A DNA stretch of 64,000 bases, taken from the human T2T-CHM13v2.0 reference genome, Homo sapiens. Numbering within the stretch: the first letter of the stretch is position 1; every line of letters begins with the position of its first letter. Where the stretch lies: assembly GCF_009914755.1 (NCBI RefSeq), contig NC_060941.1. One strand, written 5' to 3'. The translations under genes were made by a program, and so were the position numbers. Below the pieces are notes generated by a model, which was not told where the DNA came from, searched no databases, and was given only the letters and a program-made list of their open reading frames with translations. This document shows positions 40,982-63,251 of this stretch, in pieces.

Positions 40982-43424
40982 TCATGCCTGTAATCCCAGC
41001 ACTTTGGGAGGATGAGGTGGGAGGATTGCTTGAGTTCGAGACCAGCCTGGGAAACATAACGAGGCCCCCATTTCTACAAAAAAATTAAAAATTAGCTGGG
41101 CACGATGGCACACGCCCTGTGGTCCCAGCTACTTGGGAGGCCGAGGCAGGAGGATCCCTTGAGCTCAGAGGCTGTGGTGAGCCATGATCCCACCACTGCA
41201 CTCCACCCTGGGCAACAGAGCGAGACCCTGTCTTTAAAAATACGATTAAAAAAAAAAAAACACTCCCAAACCCACACACACTCATAGCCACTTTTCCTGG
41301 CTTTATCTTCTTTCACAACACTGGTACGCTACAGAGTCGACTTTTTTGTACCCAGCCCCTCAGTGTCTGGCACATAGAAGATGCTCCAAAAAAGATGTGT
41401 GGAATTGCCAAAAATTATTTCTAACCCCCACAGCCACCCTGGGATGCTATCGTTCCCCAGCTCCCCCGTGGAGAGACAGAATTGAGAGGAGTGATGTGGG
41501 TGTCCTGTCGTGCCGACATGACGGCGCACAGCCTGGATTTGAACCTGCAACTTAAGGGCGCTATGCCCGGGGCCTCTTCTCTCCTGCCCTGCTAGGCACC
41601 ATGCCCCCGTCTCCTGGTCTCACCCTGCCCCTTAACTGCCGGCATCTGATGAGGCAGGGGGATCCCGCCTCTGTGCCCTCTGCTCGGGCCCTAGCTTCTA
41701 GAACTCTTCAGCTCTGCTCTGCTGAGCTCGGAGTGCAAAGCTTGGGGCTGGACAGTGAACACTTTGGAGTGGAAACAGACCACAGGCCACAGGCCACAGG
41801 ACCTGCCATGATGGTGAGCACAGCAGAGGTGCAAGTCAGGGAAGGCTTCCCGGAGGCGGGGGCTTCCCAGCTGCAACCTGGAGTGGGAGGAGGGGTATGG
41901 CGGAGGGGAAAGAGCATCTGTGAGAGAGAGGGGCTGCCCTGAGGTCAGACAGAAGGTGGTGGCTCAAAGGGGAGGAAGGAGAGATGTTTCACAACTGCAC
42001 ATGGAGAGAAGCTGGAGGCTGCTGGCTGGCCTTGTGACTGTGAGTCTGTTTGGTTTGTCCGTGGGGCTGCCAGGGCCTGTGGCAGGGATGGGGGTAGAGG
42101 TAGGGGGTTTATGTCAGGATCCAGATGTCAGGGTGAGAATGTTTAGCATGAGCTCCCTCTAGCTGCTACATGGGAGAGAGCCATAGTTGGCAGGAAGGGA
42201 GGCCAGGAGGCCAGAAGGGAGGCCAGGAGGCAACCAGCAAGGTGAGGGCCAGAAGCAGCCAGCACTTGGTGGAAGCTTCAGGTTTCTGGCTTTGACAGCC
42301 CTGTGGACAAAAGGCAAGGGACAGGTGGGGTAGGGAGTACCCTCCACTCCCAGCAACCCTCCCCACACACAGTCTGATCTCCATCTCTGTGGCCAGAGGA
42401 CACCTGTGAACACCCGAGCCAGATCCCATCCCTCCTTTGTTCAGGATTCCCAATGGCTCCCACCTCTCTAGAAAGCCAAAGTCCTCCTTGAGGTCCACAA
42501 GGCCCTGCATGGCCTCTGTGACCCCCCTCCCCAGCTGCCCTCACCTCCTTCCACTCTTCCCTTGCTTGCAAGGCCCCAGCCACATCTCAGCACATTCCTA
42601 CCCCAGGACCTTTGCACGTGCTGTTCCCTCTGCCCAGAATGCTCTTTCCACAGGTACCTAGATGGCTCACCTCCTCAAGACCTCTGCCAAAATGTCACTT
42701 TTTAGGGGAGGTATTTCCTGGCCACCCTGTCTACAGTTGCACCTACACGTATACCCCCTCTCAGGCACACCTTCCTCCATTGCACTTGTGACCAGTTGGG
42801 AACTCGGTAAACATCCACTGAATAGATGATCTGCTTTTTGGGTCTATTTCATCTTCATTCATTAAACAAATGAACAAGCATCCACTCCTTGCCCAGGGCT
42901 GGGTATGCAACAAGAGCCAGCCCAACCCGCAATGGTACTTTGCCCTCAGAGTCCCTCGATGGTGGAGAAGACAGACATTAAACAGCTGAGTCCAAGTCCA
43001 GTTAGGGGAGCAAAACACAGAGGCCCTGTGTTCTGTGAGAGTGGATATGAGAGATACGAATGCCGTCCTCTGGGCAGAGCCCTTTGGAGGGAGAGCAGAA
43101 TAAGGAACTGTGTGTGAGAGAGAGACAGACGCTGAGTAGAAGTGATGGGAAGGTGGCAGGACAGCAGGGCCTGAGATGCCATGTTAGAGCATCACAGGCA
43201 ATAGGGAGCCATGGAGGGTTGTAGGCAGGGAGGGGTGTAATTGGATTTCCATTTTGCAAAGATCATTCTGGCCTCAGGGTAGAGACTGGATGGGACAGGG
43301 GTAGCAGATAGATGGGGAGACGAAGGAGAAGGTGTCGGGGGGGTGCAGGGAATTTTTTGAACGACCCCTACCGCTCTGCAGTCTAGTGCTGCTTGGTGGC
43401 TGGGGTGACCTTTATTTTATTTAG

Positions 43425-43586
<162 letters not shown>

Positions 43587-43976
43587 TAGAGAGAGGATCT
43601 CACTGTGTTGCCCAGGCTGGTCTCAAACTCCTGGCCACAAGCAATTCTGCATTGGTCTCCCAAAGTGCTAGGATTACAGGTATGAGCCACTGTACCCAGC
43701 TCCAGGGTGACCTTTAAAAGGTTCTTCATTGAACAATTATATTTCAGCTTCCTGCTTGTGCCAGGCACTGTGCTGAGTGTAGTATGCAAACCCCACCCTG
43801 CAGAGCCAGCATCTAGTAGCAGAGAGTTCATAAGCAAATAAAACGCATGGCGTGCTGGTGATAGGTATGGAGAAATCAAGTCAGGACACGGCGTAGGAGT
43901 GCGGGGGCCAGCAGGACCTTGCCGAGCTAGTGATGTTTGAGGAACGACCAAAAGGAAGATGCAGGAGGAGCTGTGA

Positions 43977-44240
<264 letters not shown>

Positions 44241-44464
44241 TAGAGACAGGGTTTCACTATGTTGCCCAGGCTGGTCTGGAACTTCTGAGCCCAAGCAATC
44301 AGCCCGCTTCAGCCTCCCGAAGTGCTGGGATTACAGGTGTGCGCCGCCACATCCGGCCCAGTGCAGAGCCTTTGTATGATACAGACTTTGGCTTTTGGTC
44401 GAGTGAGGTGGGAGCCACGGAGGGTTCTGAGCAGAGGAGGGAAGCAGCTGACTTAGATGCTCAC

Positions 44465-44483
44465 AAGCGCCCTCTGGTGGCCA
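44465..44483 (-). promoter_or_regulatory. CTCF motif
   Basis: Minus strand TGGCCACCAGAGGGCGCTT, a near-perfect CTCF core consensus. Binding cannot be shown from sequence. Confidence 0.7.
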
Positions 44484-45267
44484 TGGGGGAAACATACTGT
44501 AGACAGTTTCATTTTGCAAAGATTGTTCTCACCTCGGGGTAGAGATTGGATGGGACAGGGGTGGCAGATAGATGGGGAGACGAGGTGTAGACAGTGAGGT
44601 GGGGAAGTGGGGTCCAGCCAGGAGATGATGGGGCTGGACCAGAGAAGCTGAGGAGTGGCGAGAGGTGAGTGGGCTCTGAAGGAGTAGCCACAGGACCTGA
44701 CGGGGCTGGATGTGATGTGAGGGGAGAGGGATCCAGGATGACTGTCCGGTTCCTGAGCACCTGGAGGGACTGGGCTGCCATCCGCTGAGCTGGAGGATGG
44801 GGCAGGGACTGGAGATGCCGCGACAACCCTGCCCTGCCCAAGGACCATGTACCTGGGCCCTCTCTGGGCACGTGCTCTGTCTCTGCGAGGTAGGTCTGTT
44901 AGTCCCTGAGCAGCAATGGGGAAATAGGTTCAGAGAGGCCAAGTGCTTGCTCTGAAGCTACACAGCAGATTGAAATTCAGGAGCTTCGACTCTCAGCTGG
45001 TCCTTCATAGTCACCCCGGGGCCTGCAGCTTCCTTATGGACCTGCCGGATGCCTGAGGGCTTCCTGGAGGAGGTGGGCTCATGGGCGGCTGGGTTTGGGG
45101 AGTGGGCAGGAGGCAGGAGATGCAGCCAGAGGGCTGTGTGTGGAGGGGCCGGCTGCTGCCAAGAAGGGAGAAGACCATGAAGGGGGCTCAGATCCCAGAT
45201 CCCCACCTTGGTTCCCCGCCACCCCACCCAAGGCACTCAGACTCCCACCCCCTCAAGCGCGCAGAGG

Positions 45268-45281
45268 GTTGCCATGGCAAC
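45268..45281. promoter_or_regulatory. RFX X-box (perfect palindrome)
   Basis: GTTGCCATGGCAAC is the full RFX consensus and lies in unique sequence. Confidence 0.65.
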
Positions 45282-45686
45282 TGCAGGCTAGGGCAGGCTA
45301 GAGGCGCCCCCTCTCCCCCAGCAGCCACTTCTCCTCCTGTCGCTCTCCCCATCTCCATCCCAGGGCACCCGAGGACAGAGTCTAGGCCTTAGTGGCCCAC
45401 CCTGCCGCACCGACCCTTGACTTGAGACAGACGTAGGGCTTAGATGCGAACATACAGGCAGGTGTGCAGCCCCGTTTCCCATGGGTGAAATAGGGTCACC
45501 TATGGCTGGGTGCAATGGATTCCTGGGTACACCTGTAATCCCAGCATTTTGAGAGGCTGAGGCGGGAGGATTGCTTGAGCCCAGGAATTCAAGACCAGCC
45601 TGGGCAACATGGTGAAACCTCATCTCTACAAAAAACACAAAAATTAGCCAGGCGGGGGTTTGTGTGCCTGTAGTCCCAGCTACTCA

Positions 45687-45785
<99 letters not shown>

Positions 45786-47072
45786 CTACTGTCTCAAAGG
45801 AAAAAAAAAAAAAAAGAGAAAGAGAAGAAAGAAGGAAAGAAAAAAGAAAGACAAATAAGGTGACTGGAGACTACTGAGGTGCAAGCGGGGGACAGACACA
45901 GGTGTGGGCTCACCTGGCTTCCCAGATGTAGAACGTCCAGGCGTGACCAGCTCTGAGGTTGCATAGACACTCAAATACAGTGTGGGCCCGGGGGTGGGGG
46001 CTCTTCTGGCCCCCCAGGATACCCCCACAGCTCATCAAGCCCAACCTGGGGAGCCAGCCCTCCCTGGGTTCAAGCCCCCTTACCAGTTGGGTGTCCCTGG
46101 GTATATCTCTTCAATGACAGGACCTCACTTTCCTCCTCTGTAAGCTGTGGGTACAAGCATCTCTCCTTCCTAAATGGTTATTAGGATTACATGAGCTACA
46201 CATGGAAGCTGTTCGGGCTGGGACTTGGAGGTGTCCGCCACTGTCCCAGGCATCTCAGGTGATTCCTTGCTGGAGAGCCCAGCTAGATGCCCTCCCTGTC
46301 GTTTGCTGTTTCCTGTAAATGGTTTCTTTAAAGTTCTGCGGCTCAGGCCCTTGCCCCCATCTCTGCCTCCCTCCTCACTCTCTGTGTGTCCTGACTCCCT
46401 ATATGAATTTCCTAGGCTCCCACAACAAATTACCACAGACGGGACAGCTTTAGCAACAGAGACTTTATTGGTTTTTTTGTTTATGTTTCAGAGATGGGGT
46501 CTTGCTCTATTGCCCAGGCTGAAGTGTAGTGGTGCGATCACAGGTCACTGCAGCCTCAACCTCCCGGGCTCAAGTGATCCTCCCACTTCAGCCTCCTGAG
46601 CAGCTGGGACTACAGGTGCATCCCGTCATGCCCAGCTACTTTTTTATATTTGTTTATAGAGCTGGGGTCTCACTGTGTTGCCCAGGCTCGTCTCAAACTC
46701 TTGGGCTCAAGCAATTCTCCCGCCTTGGCCTCCCAAAGTGCTGGGATTACAGGCGTGAGCCACTGCAGCCAACAACAGAATTGTGTCGCCTCCCAGCTCT
46801 GGAGGTTGGAAGTCCAAGATCAAGGTGTCGTCAGGGTTGGTTCCTTCTGGGAGCCTTCAGGGAGAATCCATTGCAGGCCTGTCTCCTGGCTTCTTTTGGT
46901 CATTAACTGGCAATCTTCCCTGGCTTCTAGAAGCATCACTCTGATCTCTGCCTTCATGGTCACATGGTCTTCTGTGCATGTCTGTGTCCAGGTTTCTCCT
47001 TTGTATAAGGGCATCAGTTGTTGGATTAGGACCCACACTAATGACCTCATTTTAACTTGATTATCTCTGTAA

Positions 47073-47645
<573 letters not shown>

Positions 47646-48371
47646 TAAGGCAATGGCACCCTGCCTGTGGGGGTCAGGCGTGGCCCGCCAGGTCACAGGG
47701 CAGATGCCCCATCTCCAGCTATCCTCACTGCCATCCTTAGTCACTCCCCTGTGACTAAGTAAGTTTTTGCTTGGGGACCCACTGTGTGTTCAGGGGACCA
47801 GGAGACAGGAGTCAGGGAAACCAAGTTCCAGCCTCAGGAGTTTCCATTCTCCTGGGAGTAGAAAGAAAATCTAGAAGGCTGGGTGCGGTGGCTCATGCCT
47901 GTAATCTCAGCACTTTGGGAGGCTGAGGCGGGTGGATCACCTGAGGTTGGGAGTTCGAGAGCAGCCTGACCAATATGGCAAAACCCTTTCTCTACTAAAA
48001 ATACAAAAATTAGCCAGGTGTGGTGGCCTGTGACTGTAATCTCAGCTACTCAGGAGGCTGAGGCAGGAGAATCACTCGAGGTTCTTGAATCACTTGAGGC
48101 AGAGGTTGCGGTGAGCCAAGATCACGCCAATGCATTCCAGCCTGGGCGACAGAGCAAGACTCCGTCTCAAAACAAAACAAAGAAAAGGCCGGGAGCAGTG
48201 GCTCACGCCTGTAATCCCAACACTTTGGGAGATCAAGGCAGGCAGATCACCTGAGTTTGGGAGTTCAAGACCAGCCTGACCAACATTGTTAGTAGAGCAA
48301 AACGTCGTCTCTACTAAAAATACAAAAATTAGGCAGGCTTGGTGGCGTGTGACTGTAATCCTAGCTACTCA

Positions 48372-48521
<150 letters not shown>

Positions 48522-48562
48522 TCAAGTAAAAGTATAGAGCAGGGATGGGATGGATGAGGTTA

Positions 48563-49098
<536 letters not shown>

Positions 49099-49452
49099 TT
49101 ATAGTGAGAAGGCGGAAGAGAATTTCCACAGAAACTGAATTCGCTGGCACCTTGATCTTGGCCTTCTGGCCTCCAGAACTAGGAGGAAGTAAATTTCTGC
49201 TGTGTAAGCCGCGCAGTCTGTGGTACTTTGTTATGGCAGCCCGAGCTAATGGAGAAGGTGACAATGGGGACAAGGGATGCTTCACCCTGTCTATGTGCCA
49301 GGAGCATCCCGAGTGTCTCATGTGTGTGAATTTGTCCTGTTGCACAGCTGCCCTCTGAGGTATCCCCGTTTTACCAAGAAGAAAACAGAGACACAAGAGG
49401 TCACAGCATGGCAAGGGATGCACAGGCAGGTGGTGACTGCAGGGCACTGTGA

Positions 49453-50165
<713 letters not shown>

Positions 50166-50279
50166 GGCTGGTCTTGAACTCTTGACCTCAGGTGATCTGC
50201 CCTCCTCGGCCTCCCAAAGTGCTGGGATTACAGGTGTGAGCTACTGGCCCGGCCAAGATTGTCTTTTAAAACACCCCTC

Positions 50280-52010
<1,731 letters not shown>

Positions 52011-52130
52011 CTGGACACAGTGGCTCATGCCTGTAATCCCAACACGTTGGGAGGCCGAGGCGGGTGGATCACTTGAGGTCAGGAGTTCCAGACGAGCCTG
52101 GCCAACATGGTGAAACCCCGTGTCTACTCA

Positions 52131-52619
<489 letters not shown>

Positions 52620-53292
52620 TCAGCGGGGGCTCCACTCTGGAGTCTCAGCATTCTAGGGTGCAGCCTGGGAGGAAGAGAGGGACTGCCTCTTCCGTGGGTG
52701 TCTTTGTGCCCTGACTGGCGCCAGGCTGTGCATGGCACCCTCTGATGGGGCCTGTGTTGGCCCAGCGTGTACGTGCACTGCTCTCCTTACCAGAACCCTG
52801 CAGAATAGCAGCGCAGAGGGAACCAGGGCCAGGGAGGTGAGGAGACCAGCTCAAGGTCACACAGGGCACGTATAAGGCAAAATTGGGATCTAGACCCATG
52901 TGGATTCGCTGCCCACACAACTTGGCATCGGGTGGCTTCCCTGCCCTTTTTTTTTTTTTTTAATTAAGAGAGGGTCTTGCTCTGTTGCCCAGACTGGAGT
53001 GCAGTGGCAGGATCATAGCTTACTGCAGCCTTGCAAACTCCTGGGCTCAAGTGATCCTCTTGCCTCAGCCTCCCAAGTAGCTGGGCACCACCACGCCAAA
53101 TTAAAAAACAAAAAATTTGGCCGGGCGCTGTGGCTCACGCCTGTAATCCCAGCACTTTGAGAGGCCCAGGTGGGCTGATCACGAGGTCAAGAGATCGAGA
53201 CCATCCTGGCCAACACGGTGAAACCCCGTCTCTACTAAAAATACAAAAAATAGCTGGGCGTGGTGGCGCATGCCTGTAGTCCCAGCTACTCA

Positions 53293-53415
<123 letters not shown>

Positions 53416-53742
53416 CTAGAGACATGTTGCCCAGGCTGGAGTGCAGTGGCACGATCATAGCTCACTGCAGCCTTGAACTCCTGGGCTGAAGTGATCCACC
53501 CACCTTAGCCTCCCAAAGCACTGGGATCACAGGCATGAGTCACCGTACAAATCCAGCCATTTTTACTTCCCCTAACCAGTTCCTCTGCTAGGATGCCTGT
53601 TGCAGTGTGAAAGAAAGCGCTTGGAGACCCTGGGAGGGGAGTACTCCTCAGCTTGGGGACACTGCCTCCACTGAACCTTCCTGTGGCTGGACAGTTGGAG
53701 AAATGAGGAAGTTGAAATAAGGAAGCCACTCCCCATCCCCAA

Positions 53743-53934
53743 AGTAACATGCTGGAAAATGATCTGAAAGTGACACCAGCCATGTCTAGTCACAGATGTG
53801 GGGGGAGATGCGGACGGGGGCTGGTGGCGGCTGGGGGAGTAACACGCTGTAAAATGATCTGAAAGTGACACCAGCCGTGTCTAGTCAGGGATGTGGGGGG
53901 AGATGCGGATGGGGGCTGGAGGTGGCTGCGGGGG
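53743..53934. repeat. Two-copy tandem duplication, period about 95 bp
   Basis: agtaacatgctggaaaatgatctgaaagtgacaccagcc... at 53743 recurs at 53838 with few substitutions. Confidence 0.9.
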
Positions 53935-53943
53935 ATTTAGTGA

Positions 53944-54465
<522 letters not shown>

Positions 54466-55258
54466 TAAGGGCCTCTCTCAAGAAGCTCATGTTGATAAAA
54501 AGGTAATTTCAGGTGCTCACTTGAGAGCTGTGAATTAAAAACAGGGAAAAGATGGCGGGTGAGGGCAGCAGGCGAGGACTGTTTTGTTTGCAGGGGGCCA
54601 GGGTAGGTCACTCTGCTGCGGTGACCTTGCGGCTGAGCCCTGAACAATGAGCAGCCGCAGCCAACATGCAGGGATCCTGCTTGGGGGCTGGAACTGGAAT
54701 GTTGAATGTTTCAGGAACAGGAGGGAGGACAGAATGGGGCTTGGAGAGCTTGGTGGCACCAGTTCACCCACAGCCTCTGGGCTCTAGTGAGGAAATGAGA
54801 CCCCAGCAGAGACCAGGGGGTCAGTTAATGTTCGGATCAACATCATTATGTGGTCCCTTAGCTCTGAGTGAAGGGCGGATTGGGAGGCGGGCAAGGAGGC
54901 CAGGACAACATACAGGTGACATAGGATGGCGGCATGGGCCTGGGTGCTGTGCTTAGAGCCAGAAGTGGGCAGGTCGCGAGATACTTGAGAGGCAGAGCCC
55001 ACAGGACTTGCTGATGGCTTCTGTGAGGGGGATGACAGGGAAGGTGAGGAATCAAGGCAGAGTCTCAGCTTTGGGATCTGAGATTCATTCAACAAATAAT
55101 TCAGTGCCGCGTGCCAGGCCTATTCTAAAAGTTGAGGATATGAAGACAACAATGGTGATGGCCTCAAGCAGTAATCCCAGCACTTTGGGATGTTGAGGCA
55201 GGAGGATCTCTTGAGGCCAGAAGTTCATGTTCAGCCTGGGCAACATAGCAAGACCTCA

Positions 55259-55420
<162 letters not shown>

Positions 55421-55906
55421 CTATCTCTAAAAAAAAAAAGTAAAATTTGGGGATACGGCCACCATGAGCAAAACAGTTCAATGATCCCTGCCCCATGAAG
55501 AGGACATTCTATACACCAGGTGAATAGTTCCATCTGAGCAATGGCCTGAAGGAGCCGGCCATGTGGACAGTGGGTTGGCAGAAGCTACAGGTGGAGGAAG
55601 CGACAGGTGCAAAGGCCCTGGGGCAAGGCCTGCTGTGGTCCAGGAATAGCAGGAGTGGCTGGAGCAGACATGGGGTCAGGGAGCTAACTGGGCCAATTAC
55701 AAGGGTTTTGGTTTTCAGCAGGGAAATGGTAATGGGGGCTCTGATGAGAAATTCCAGGCTGGACATAAGAGATTTGAAAGTGCTGGCTCAATGATGGTAC
55801 TGAGAGCCCAGGACAGCCTGAGATGGGACAGGCTGGGATGACAGCTGGATGTGACAGAGCAGGGGTTCCCATGCTGGAGGGCCCGCCTCAGAGAATGTGT
55901 GTTTCT

Positions 55907-56274
<368 letters not shown>

Positions 56275-56379
56275 TCAAGAAGAGAAGAGTGTATGTAAGT
56301 ACTTCTCAACCAGTTTACCTCTCTGACCGCTCTTACGGTGTTTGGGGGCAAAAAACTAAGGATCTAGACTCTTTAAACC

Positions 56380-57215
<836 letters not shown>

Positions 57216-59093
57216 TAGTGGAGGGAGGAATTGAGGGGATGTCCCCCTTTCGGAGATTACGTCTCCAGGGGATCCGGAGTCCAGGGCCTTGGGAGAGCTG
57301 GAAAAGAGGGTCTGGGTGGGTTCTTGACTCCCCCAAGATTGACGCAAGAGGCTCGGGACTGGGGCCCCACGTTCAGAGCAGGCGGCTTTTAGATGAGGAG
57401 GTAGCAGTTGAACTGAGCCGCAGTCACATCCCGAGACTGGTTCTTGTTTTCTTTCATGCCTTTCGGACTCTAGAAATACAGGGGTTTCGGTTGTAGCTTT
57501 TGAGGGGCAAAATGAAGCCTGTGAAGGGATGAGTGCAGTGGAACCGAAGAAAGTGTCCTTAGTCTGAAATGCCTTCGCGCTAACTTGGTGCTGCAGGTTC
57601 CTATGGCACCTTTGGATGCTTAAAACCCTTCAAATCTATCCACCCATTTTGTGGATATGTAAACTGAGCCAGAGAGTGGTCAAGCATCTTCTCTGGAGAC
57701 GACCCCAGAATTCTGCTTTTTCTACTCGGCTTACAGGACATTTTCTTGGGTCAATTTCTGTTTCTAAGGTCTGTCTGGTAGGTGAAACTGACTTATTTGG
57801 AAAGGAGAGCAAGGTGTCTGGAAACAAACAATAGAATTTATTAAAAACATCGTGACTATGAATAATCCTGATTGTTCTTTAAGGAATGTTATATCCTGAT
57901 TGGTTTCCTTTTTTGCTTTTGTGTGTTATAATTTGGGTGATCTTTAATAGCTAAGTAATCTTACAGAAACTTGAATAAACTTGGCTCTACCGCCCAGTGT
58001 CCTTATTTACAGTTTCACTGTGGCATATATTAAGGGCATGGTATCAGCTGTGCTTAGAAAGACCGTATTATGTTGTTTAATACCCTTCCTTCATTCTCTC
58101 TCATTAGTGCTTCATGAAATTCTAATTGGAACTTAATAGAAGGAGTTTCAGTTTTTATCGAAACGAATATTGACCTTGCTTCAGAGAGATTCACATTATT
58201 CACATATTTCTTAATATACTTTGAAATATCTAGAGAGGCTTTAATTGGAAATAGGATGGAGAACTGAAGGGCAGTGGTGACAATAATGATACTTGTTTGT
58301 ACCCCTTCTAAAGTATCTCATCTCCCTTTAGTTAATTTAAGATAAAACTAACCAATTGAAGATTTAGGTGGAAATTTTAAAAGTTCTTTCTGAATGTTAA
58401 GAGAAGACACATTCTCCAAGAAAGTTTTAACTATTTGCGTTCTGATGAGTCGACCTCAGGGAAGTCAAGTGTCATTAAGAGCTAGATCTGGTCATAAAAC
58501 AACTTGAAGTTGTTTACTGGAAAGTTTAAATACTTGAATGTAATTATTCACAGTTATTTCTATTTGGTTTATTCTGATACTGCTGTATAATGACAACGTG
58601 ATACTAATAGGTCATTAATGTAACTAATATAATAGTATATGTATTTTTCATCCACTTAAGTCCTGTATAACAAATTACATTTTAACTAATTTGAAATTTA
58701 ATTCAACTCATTTTAAGCGTTAGACGGTTTTGTGAATCTGTCAATTGTGTAAAAAATGTATTGAGGTAATATTTATATTGAACAAAATAGATAAAACTTT
58801 AAATTATAATTAGGAATATTTATTGAGAATTTTTTCTGCAGTTTGTGTCCGAGATTTATTTCAACATTGACTGACTTTTGAGTGCAGTGGATCCCACCTG
58901 TAATCCTAGCTACTCTGGAGGCTGAGGCAGGAGGATCTGTTGAGCCCACGAGTTTGAGACCAGCCTGGGCAACATATCAAGACCCCTTTTCAAAAAAAGA
59001 AAAAAAAAATCTTGACTGACTTTCATCATACCTGTATTAGGAATGTCTGGATCTGTATTAGGATGTCATCATATCTGTATTAGGATGTATTAG

Positions 59094-59415
<322 letters not shown>

Positions 59416-59884
59416 GGCTGACTACAAATTTTTTAAGTGACCATTTAAAAAGTGAAATTTTCATCTTGTTTGGCATCAATCAATAGTTCTTTTGTTGACT
59501 CCAGCTACCTATTACAGCTGCTTTTTGGAAGAAAATCGGTTATAAATAGTTTAAATTAAGCTAAGTTAAATGAGTACAACTGCTTCTCTTGAGTTCTGCT
59601 CGGTAACAATAACTATCTTAGAAAGGCTTAAGAAAAATATTGTAAAGAACCTTCAGTATAAAAAGCGTAGATGAACTTTGTGAATGTATGCCATTGATTG
59701 AATACCTTTTGATCTTACTGTGCATACTAACTTTCTTGATGTAAATATTTAGTGCGATATAAATATTTAGTGCGTGATTTCCATAGCAGATGACAAGTTT
59801 ATATTGATTATAACATGGTCTCGGTTGATATTTTTCTGACAAGTAAGTTTAGATCATGTTTGGATTTTGTTTCCTATTACCTAG

Positions 59885-59931
59885 AGCCAACACAGATCTA
59901 TAGATTTCTTTGAACTCGGAATCTCATAGCA
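59885..59931 (+). pseudogene. SUZ12P1: SUZ12P1 exon 2 (47 nt) with premature stop
   Basis: Acceptor ...ttacctag|AG CCA ACA CAG ATC TAT AGA TTT CTT TGA ACT CGG AAT CTC ATA GCA|gtaagt. TGA replaces the Arg codon in RFLRTRN. Confidence 0.95.
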
Positions 59932-60020
59932 GTAAGTAGTCAACAAAATTCATCAATATTATTTCTCTCTTATAACTGCATCTGTATTCAATTTTAACAT
60001 TTTTAAAACTCTTTTTGTAG

Positions 60021-60085
60021 CCAATATTTTTGCACAGAACTCTTACTTACATGTCTCATCGAAACTCCAGAACAAACATCAAAAG
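60021..60085 (+). pseudogene. SUZ12P1: SUZ12P1 exon 3 (65 nt), reading frame open
   Basis: ctttttgtag|CCAATATTTTTGCAC...AACATCAAAAG|gtacat translates PIFLHRTLTYMSHRNSRTNIK(R), the same as SUZ12 as I recall it. Confidence 0.95.
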
Positions 60086-60315
60086 GTACATTTTATGAAT
60101 CTTATTTCAAGCTGATCAAACCATGTTAGTTTTATTTTAAAGTACTATTTCTCAAAATTAAAAAAAAGAACAAAAATAAGTACTATTTCTAACTAAAGAT
60201 TTAATATGAAAACTGAAGTGAGAGAGTGACTGGTTGAATTGGTTGCACAGTGGTTTTCAATAGTATAATCTTTGTAAGTCTCAGGTTGTTATTAGCTTTT
60301 TTTTTTTTTCCCCTA

Positions 60316-60631
<316 letters not shown>

Positions 60632-60711
60632 TTAGTAGTTAAGTGAATAAAGTGATTTTACTGATTATATTTTTACTCTGTGCCATGGGTTATTTCTCTT
60701 TTTGTTTGTTT

Positions 60712-62174
<1,463 letters not shown>

Positions 62175-62177
62175 TGA

Positions 62178-62411
<234 letters not shown>

Positions 62412-62528
62412 TAGCCAGGATGGTCTCGATCTCCTGACGTCAGGATCCGCCTGCTTCGGCCTCCCAAAGTGCTGGCATTACAGGAGTGAGCCACCATGCC
62501 CAGCCTGGCCTTCTTTTTCTTTTTTTGA

Positions 62529-62780
<252 letters not shown>

Positions 62781-63011
62781 TGACAGGCGTGAGCCACTGC
62801 GCCTGGCCTCCACTGGTTATTTTCAAGTTTGATAGAAGTTGAGGATTTAAATATTTACTAAAGGGCTCAGGGTAACTATATTTGTTATGTAAAATTTAAG
62901 TTAACTTTTGATTATTATGTGTAATTTGAATTAGCTCCTGTAATGCTGGGTTCAGAAAGTCTCATTTTATATCTTTGGTTTTTTGTTTTTTGTTTTTTTG
63001 GTTTTTTTTGA

Positions 63012-63251
<240 letters not shown>

